From contig JBEGVH010000010.1 of NCBI GenBank assembly GCA_041178425.1, forward strand, positions 128,001 to 192,000: a stretch of 64,000 nucleotides of DNA, read 5' to 3'. This document shows positions 59,795-64,000 of the stretch, one piece after another. This DNA is from Pseudomonadota bacterium (GTDB taxonomy: Bacteria; Bdellovibrionota; Bdellovibrionia; Bdellovibrionales; Bdellovibrionaceae). The number at the start of each line of letters is the position of its first letter. The first letter of the stretch is position 1. The notes under the pieces were generated by a model. That model was not told the origin of the DNA and did no database searches. It worked only from the letters and a program-made list of their open reading frames with translations. Both the position numbers and the translations under genes were made by a program.

Positions 59795-59836
59795 GGAGAT
59801 TGATATCCAGCCTTCAAGAAGCCGGATTCTCTTAAT

Positions 59837-59863
59837 TTTTCGGATTTTAGAAGATTAACTTAA
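59837..59863 (-). promoter_or_regulatory. putative sigma28 (FliA) promoter
   Basis: Minus strand TTAAGTTA-N11-TCCGAAAA versus consensus TAAAGTTT-N11-GCCGATAA. Confidence 0.55.
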
Positions 59864-59913
59864 GACTTAGGCTCGAGAACTAGACCGACAGTTGAGTTAG
59901 CAAGGGGCTTTCT

Positions 59914-61554
59914 CTAATCCACCAGCCACCAAGAATCGATCCCGACCTTGTACCGAAGGGTGTCGGCCGATCGATGAACACGAGAGCTGACGCCGTAAAA
60001 CTCATAAATATTATTAAACCAAAAAGTGTAGGGAGCATCTTTTGCGATCTCTGCATAAATTTTTCTGAGTAATTTTATTCTTTTGTATCGGTTTGGCTCG
60101 TAGCGTGCATCTTCGATCATCTGATCGACCTCGGGGTTATTATAACGAATAAAATTACCCCCACTTTCTATGCTTGCTGAATGCCAAATCTGTTTTGGAT
60201 CTTGTTCAGGATCGCCCCCGGCCCAGGCCATGGCGGCGGCATCGAATTTTCCCAACCTAATCGCTGCCTCGAATTCTTTCCAAGGGAGATACTTGACCTC
60301 CATGATAATTCCAAGCTTTCGAAGATCTTCTCTGTACCACTCATGAAACTTTTCAAGATCCCGATTTGAGTGAATCAGCGTAAACTTAAACTCTCGAACT
60401 CCGCAATCACCCGTCTTTTCAATTATTCCATTTTTATTTTCATCGAGCCACCCATCCTCGATCAAAAGCTTTTTGGCCTTTATTGGGTCAAACGAAAGAG
60501 GTTTTAGCCCTTCTGGATAAGTTGGACTCTGAAACCACATCGGTGCCGTTGCAACCTTTGCCAGACCTGGGAGATATTTTTTAATCATCCCTTCTCGGTC
60601 CATCAAACGGCTTAATGCCAATCGTGCGTTCTTACTTCTAAAGAGGGCGTTTCGATGATTCCATCCGTAGAAGTACCAACTTTTGGGCGCAGCGTTCGAG
60701 TATCGTACTTTTTTTATCTTGGTGCCCCAAGGCTTTTGATTGGTCATCGTTTGAAACGCTTCCGCTCTGAGATCCGAATAATCGAGCTCGCCTCTTTCGA
60801 GCTTTTCAATGGCGACCGACTCATCTTGAATAAACCAAGCGGTGATCGTTTCGAAATTGTATCGATTTCTAAATTGTTCTTCTGAAGATCCATACCAATC
60901 CGAGAAACGAGTCAGAATTGCATTCTCTCCCCTCACAAATCGGTCCAGTTTATACGGCCCAGATCCAACTAACTCATATTGCATTTTTTTTGACTTGGCT
61001 GGATCACCATACACATGCTTAGGAATCACAAAGGTGGTAGCGATTTGCTCAAGGTTTTTGTAGTAGGTATTTTTGGCTACGAATTTTACGGTTAGAGGGT
61101 CGATCGCAGTCACGGTCTCTATGTTTTCAAAGGCCTCACGCCAAATGAGGGCTCCGGAATTCGGCTGCAAGACTACTTCGAAGCTAAATTTTACGTCTTC
61201 GGCAGTAATGGGCTGCCCGTCGTGAAATTTGAGGTTTTTACGAAGATAAAATGTAAACTCTTTTCCATCTTTCGAGATCTCCCACCGTTCAGCCAGGCGA
61301 GGTTCAAGTTCATAGGTTTTATTATTATAATCTGCCAGAGAATCCATTGTGAAATCGTGAACTCTTCGGGCGAATAAATCTGCGGCCATCAGAGGATGAA
61401 CGCTCAGTGGCTCGCCACCAATATTGAGGGCAAAGTTCCCTCCAATCGTTGGCCAATGAATCGCCTTGAACTGAATGCCCAACGATTCAGACGAAAAAAC
61501 GAACTGAACCATTACAAGGAATACAAGACAGGCATTTCTCAGTAACCAAACCAT
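59914..61554 (-). CDS. peptide ABC transporter substrate-binding protein (family 5)
   Basis: LAERWEISKDG, FHDGQPITAEDVKFSF, VGSGPYKL, NFIRYNNPEVD; ATG 61554 after GGAGAGG. Confidence 0.92.
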   Translation of the reverse strand: MVWLLRNACLVFLVMVQFVFSSESLGIQFKAIHWPTIGGNFALNIGGEPLSVHPLMAADLFARRVHDFTMDSLADYNNKTYELEPRLAERWEISKDGKEFTFYLRKNLKFHDGQPITAEDVKFSFEVVLQPNSGALIWREAFENIETVTAIDPLTVKFVAKNTYYKNLEQIATTFVIPKHVYGDPAKSKKMQYELVGSGPYKLDRFVRGENAILTRFSDWYGSSEEQFRNRYNFETITAWFIQDESVAIEKLERGELDYSDLRAEAFQTMTNQKPWGTKIKKVRYSNAAPKSWYFYGWNHRNALFRSKNARLALSRLMDREGMIKKYLPGLAKVATAPMWFQSPTYPEGLKPLSFDPIKAKKLLIEDGWLDENKNGIIEKTGDCGVREFKFTLIHSNRDLEKFHEWYREDLRKLGIIMEVKYLPWKEFEAAIRLGKFDAAAMAWAGGDPEQDPKQIWHSASIESGGNFIRYNNPEVDQMIEDARYEPNRYKRIKLLRKIYAEIAKDAPYTFWFNNIYEFYGVSSRVHRSADTLRYKVGIDSWWLVD

Positions 61555-61694
61555 TTCATCAACCTCTCCACATAGAAATTCTAGATGGTTCAAACATTTA
61601 ATCAAGGTAGGGAATCCGACTTGCCCCCTCGAAATAGACTCTGGTATAGTCGGCCCTTAGACTCTTGGCTGTGTCTACCTGAGAAAGGAATACT

Positions 61695-62741
61695 ATGAGC
61701 AACTTCGACGTGAATACCTCGACCTCTTCTGAATTTGGAATTTTTGGAATTCCATCCACCCCCGACGAAGCTCAAATTCATATTACACCCGTTCCCTGGG
61801 AAGTAACCACTTCTTATGGTGCCGGTGCGGCTCTCGGCCCCCAACTCATAAAAAAGGCGAGTGAACAAGTCGACTTACTAGATATTGAAATCGGAAAAAC
61901 TTACGAAGCCGGCATTTATATGCGTGAGATTCCTAATCATGTGCTTGAGCTCAACAACACTCTAAAACCAATGGCTCAGGAACTTATCGAATTAAAAACA
62001 AATAACAGTACCGATCAAGTTAGAATGAAAGAGCTTCTGCAAAAAGTGAATCAAGGGTCGGCCTTAATGACCCAATGGGTTTATGAACAAACCAAAGAGG
62101 TGCTAAAAAAAGGTAAATGGCCGGTGCTTATTGGAGGTGATCACTCAACTCCTCTCGGAGCGATAAAGGCAATTACAGAACACTACAAAGGCAACGTAGG
62201 AATTCTCCATATTGATGCTCATGCGGATCTTCGCAAGCACTACCAAGGTTTTTTACAATCTCACGCATCGATTATGCGAAATGTAATTGAACTCACTCCC
62301 GCCCCACAAAAGCTGGTTCAAGTTGGAATTAGAGACTTTTGTGAAGAAGAGTATGAATTTATAATGAGTTTACCCGAAAAGATTAGGACGTTCTTTGATC
62401 TGGAAATCAAGCGTGATCTTTTTGAGGGTCATACTTGGAATGGTATTTGTCAGACAATCACGAGTGAACTCCCAGAAAATGTTTATATCTCTTTCGACAT
62501 CGACGGCCTTGATCCTGCCTTGTGTCCGGGCACCGGCACTCCTGTTCCAGGTGGGCTTTCAATGAACGAAGCCTTCTACTTATTGTACGCTCTTCACAAA
62601 GCCGGTAAAAAGATTGTAGGATTCGACATTAATGAAGTTTCTGCCGCCGGCAATGACGAAGACGAATGGAACGGCAATGTGGGCGCACGCCTTCTTTATA
62701 AGATGTGTGGCTGGCTCGCTAAAACCCAGCGACTCGTTTAA
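61695..62741 (+). CDS. speB: agmatinase / ureohydrolase family protein
   Basis: GGDHS, HIDAHADLR, SHAS, SFDIDGLDP, GTGTPVPGGL. Confidence 0.85.
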   Translation: MSNFDVNTSTSSEFGIFGIPSTPDEAQIHITPVPWEVTTSYGAGAALGPQLIKKASEQVDLLDIEIGKTYEAGIYMREIPNHVLELNNTLKPMAQELIELKTNNSTDQVRMKELLQKVNQGSALMTQWVYEQTKEVLKKGKWPVLIGGDHSTPLGAIKAITEHYKGNVGILHIDAHADLRKHYQGFLQSHASIMRNVIELTPAPQKLVQVGIRDFCEEEYEFIMSLPEKIRTFFDLEIKRDLFEGHTWNGICQTITSELPENVYISFDIDGLDPALCPGTGTPVPGGLSMNEAFYLLYALHKAGKKIVGFDINEVSAAGNDEDEWNGNVGARLLYKMCGWLAKTQRLV

Positions 62742-62771
62742 AATACCTGTCTCAGGACAACGGTGCGATAA

Positions 62772-62787
62772 TGGCACCGTTGCCGCA
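62772..62787 (+). promoter_or_regulatory. putative sigma54 -24/-12 promoter
   Basis: TGGCACCGTTGCCGCA, GG-N10-GC, intergenic before the lipoprotein at 62890. Confidence 0.5.
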
Positions 62788-62889
62788 GGCATCCCCCTTG
62801 CAATTATTAAATTCAGATTGTGTTGAAAGGTCATTTTGACACCAGTTCAATGACGACCAACACTTCTGCACAGATAAAAGGGGGGCCAA

Positions 62890-63570
62890 ATGAAAAAGTT
62901 ATCGTTCTTAGTATTTTCAATCGTAAGCTTGGAGCTCACCACTGGAGTGGGATGTGCTCGCTCCGGTTACTCACCGAGCACCTTCGAAAAACAACGAGAG
63001 CGTATCTCGAACAGTGCTGAAGTTCCCCCTATTGAAACCATCGAAGAAGATCCCCACTCAGTTCGGTTCGGTAACATTGAGATCGGTGGCCTCAATTGCA
63101 ATATCACCGCCGGCGAATCTGCCATCATCGAACGAGATTCCATTCAAATTCCAGCCTTTGATACCTTTGTTGAGCTAAAAGAAGGGCAGAGCCTCAAACG
63201 AAGCTCCTGCAATCTCAGCGTTCCTTTTTATGCTCAGGCCAATACTGGATTTGCAATCACCGGAGTGGAATTCGAACATGAGTACACAATTAATGATAGC
63301 GCCGTATTTAGACTCAATGGCGAGGTTTTTGTGGCGGGTACGATTGGTTCTAAATTTGAAGAAATGGTTTTAATCACAAAAGAGCAAAATGAGAAGACCA
63401 CCGAACACAAGCTCTTTGAACTTCGTGAACCCCTTATTGTTTGTGGAAAAAACAGTGGACTCCTGCGAATGAATCTAGGGCAAATTCTTGAAGCGGCCGA
63501 GCCGAGCTCATCCGGCTTAAGCCAACTTCGTGCTCTCAAAATTACCTACACGCCCGTTGATTGCCAATAA
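62890..63570 (+). CDS. putative lipoprotein, DUF4360-like
   Basis: GVGC lipobox-like; GGLNC...FD...RSSCNLSVP...GFAITGVEF...C-terminal C. Confidence 0.6.
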   Translation: MKKLSFLVFSIVSLELTTGVGCARSGYSPSTFEKQRERISNSAEVPPIETIEEDPHSVRFGNIEIGGLNCNITAGESAIIERDSIQIPAFDTFVELKEGQSLKRSSCNLSVPFYAQANTGFAITGVEFEHEYTINDSAVFRLNGEVFVAGTIGSKFEEMVLITKEQNEKTTEHKLFELREPLIVCGKNSGLLRMNLGQILEAAEPSSSGLSQLRALKITYTPVDCQ

Positions 63571-63574
63571 GGGA

Positions 63575-63592
63575 GCGGGCCCTCGGGCCCGC
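63575..63592. terminator. GC-rich hairpin between convergent genes
   Basis: GCGGGCCC-TC-GGGCCCGC. Confidence 0.6.
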
Positions 63593-63618
63593 CTCTTGAT
63601 CTATTTTTATTTTCGTTA

Positions 63619-64000
63619 CTAAAGTCGCTTGAACTGCCAATTCGTTCCCAAATAATCCTCTACCGTCGAAGTTACTTTTTCATTGACTGTCTCATCGAAA
63701 CATTCCTCTTTGGTCACCATAACGGTGAGCTTGATAGAAGCAATTCCCACTCCTGCAACAAATGCCGTTACTGCGAGAGGGACGGCGATGGACGTCCCTG
63801 AAACAGACGCCAGACCAAGCGCCTCCCATGTCGCTGGAGTACCAACCATGGCAAAACTCATTACTAACACATCTGCAACCTTATCGAGGCCACCAATCAT
63901 TTGACAAGCCCACGGATTGGCCTGCGATAAATAAAAGATGTTTGCTGTTTGCAATTGTTCGCTTTGAGTTTGAACCTCCTGAACCTCACAGTTTTGAATG
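63619..64000 (-). CDS. hypothetical protein with hydrophobic hairpin (N-terminus beyond window)
   Basis: Frame stays open upstream of 63954 to the window edge (..IQNCEVQEVQTQSEQLQ..). Confidence 0.65.
   Translation of the reverse strand, partial: IQNCEVQEVQTQSEQLQTANIFYLSQANPWACQMIGGLDKVADVLVMSFAMVGTPATWEALGLASVSGTSIAVPLAVTAFVAGVGIASIKLTVMVTKEECFDETVNEKVTSTVEDYLGTNWQFKRL

Overview
A 64 kb core-chromosome segment from a Bdellovibrionota-type (predatory deltaproteobacterial lineage) bacterium. The assignment is inferred from the ffs-dnaX-ybaB-recR-mglA synteny without mglB, the Ser21 MglA P-loop, and the many signal-peptide-bearing hypothetical proteins. Housekeeping content: partial hppD, mraY-murD detached from the dcw cluster, amgK-murU and ampG peptidoglycan recycling, SRP RNA, yajQ, Sua5/TsaC, a leucine-catabolism (liu/MCC) operon, rpsU-yqeY-dnaG-rpoD-tRNA(CAU), tadA, transaldolase and agmatinase. 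No integrase, transposase, prophage or CRISPR array is visible. The most interesting unexplained structure is regulatory. Five intergenic sigma54-type (-24/-12) motifs, four with a variant CGC[A/T] -12 box, each sit in front of uncharacterised exported-protein genes. These include an outer-membrane barrel + six-hairpin lipoprotein + Gly/Tyr/Cys-repeat lipoprotein locus and an exported amidoligase-fold protein. There is also a catalytically dead sigma54-activator-like AAA+ protein and a sigma28-type promoter before a three-gene envelope operon. All family calls are motif recognition by eye; no database searches were run.
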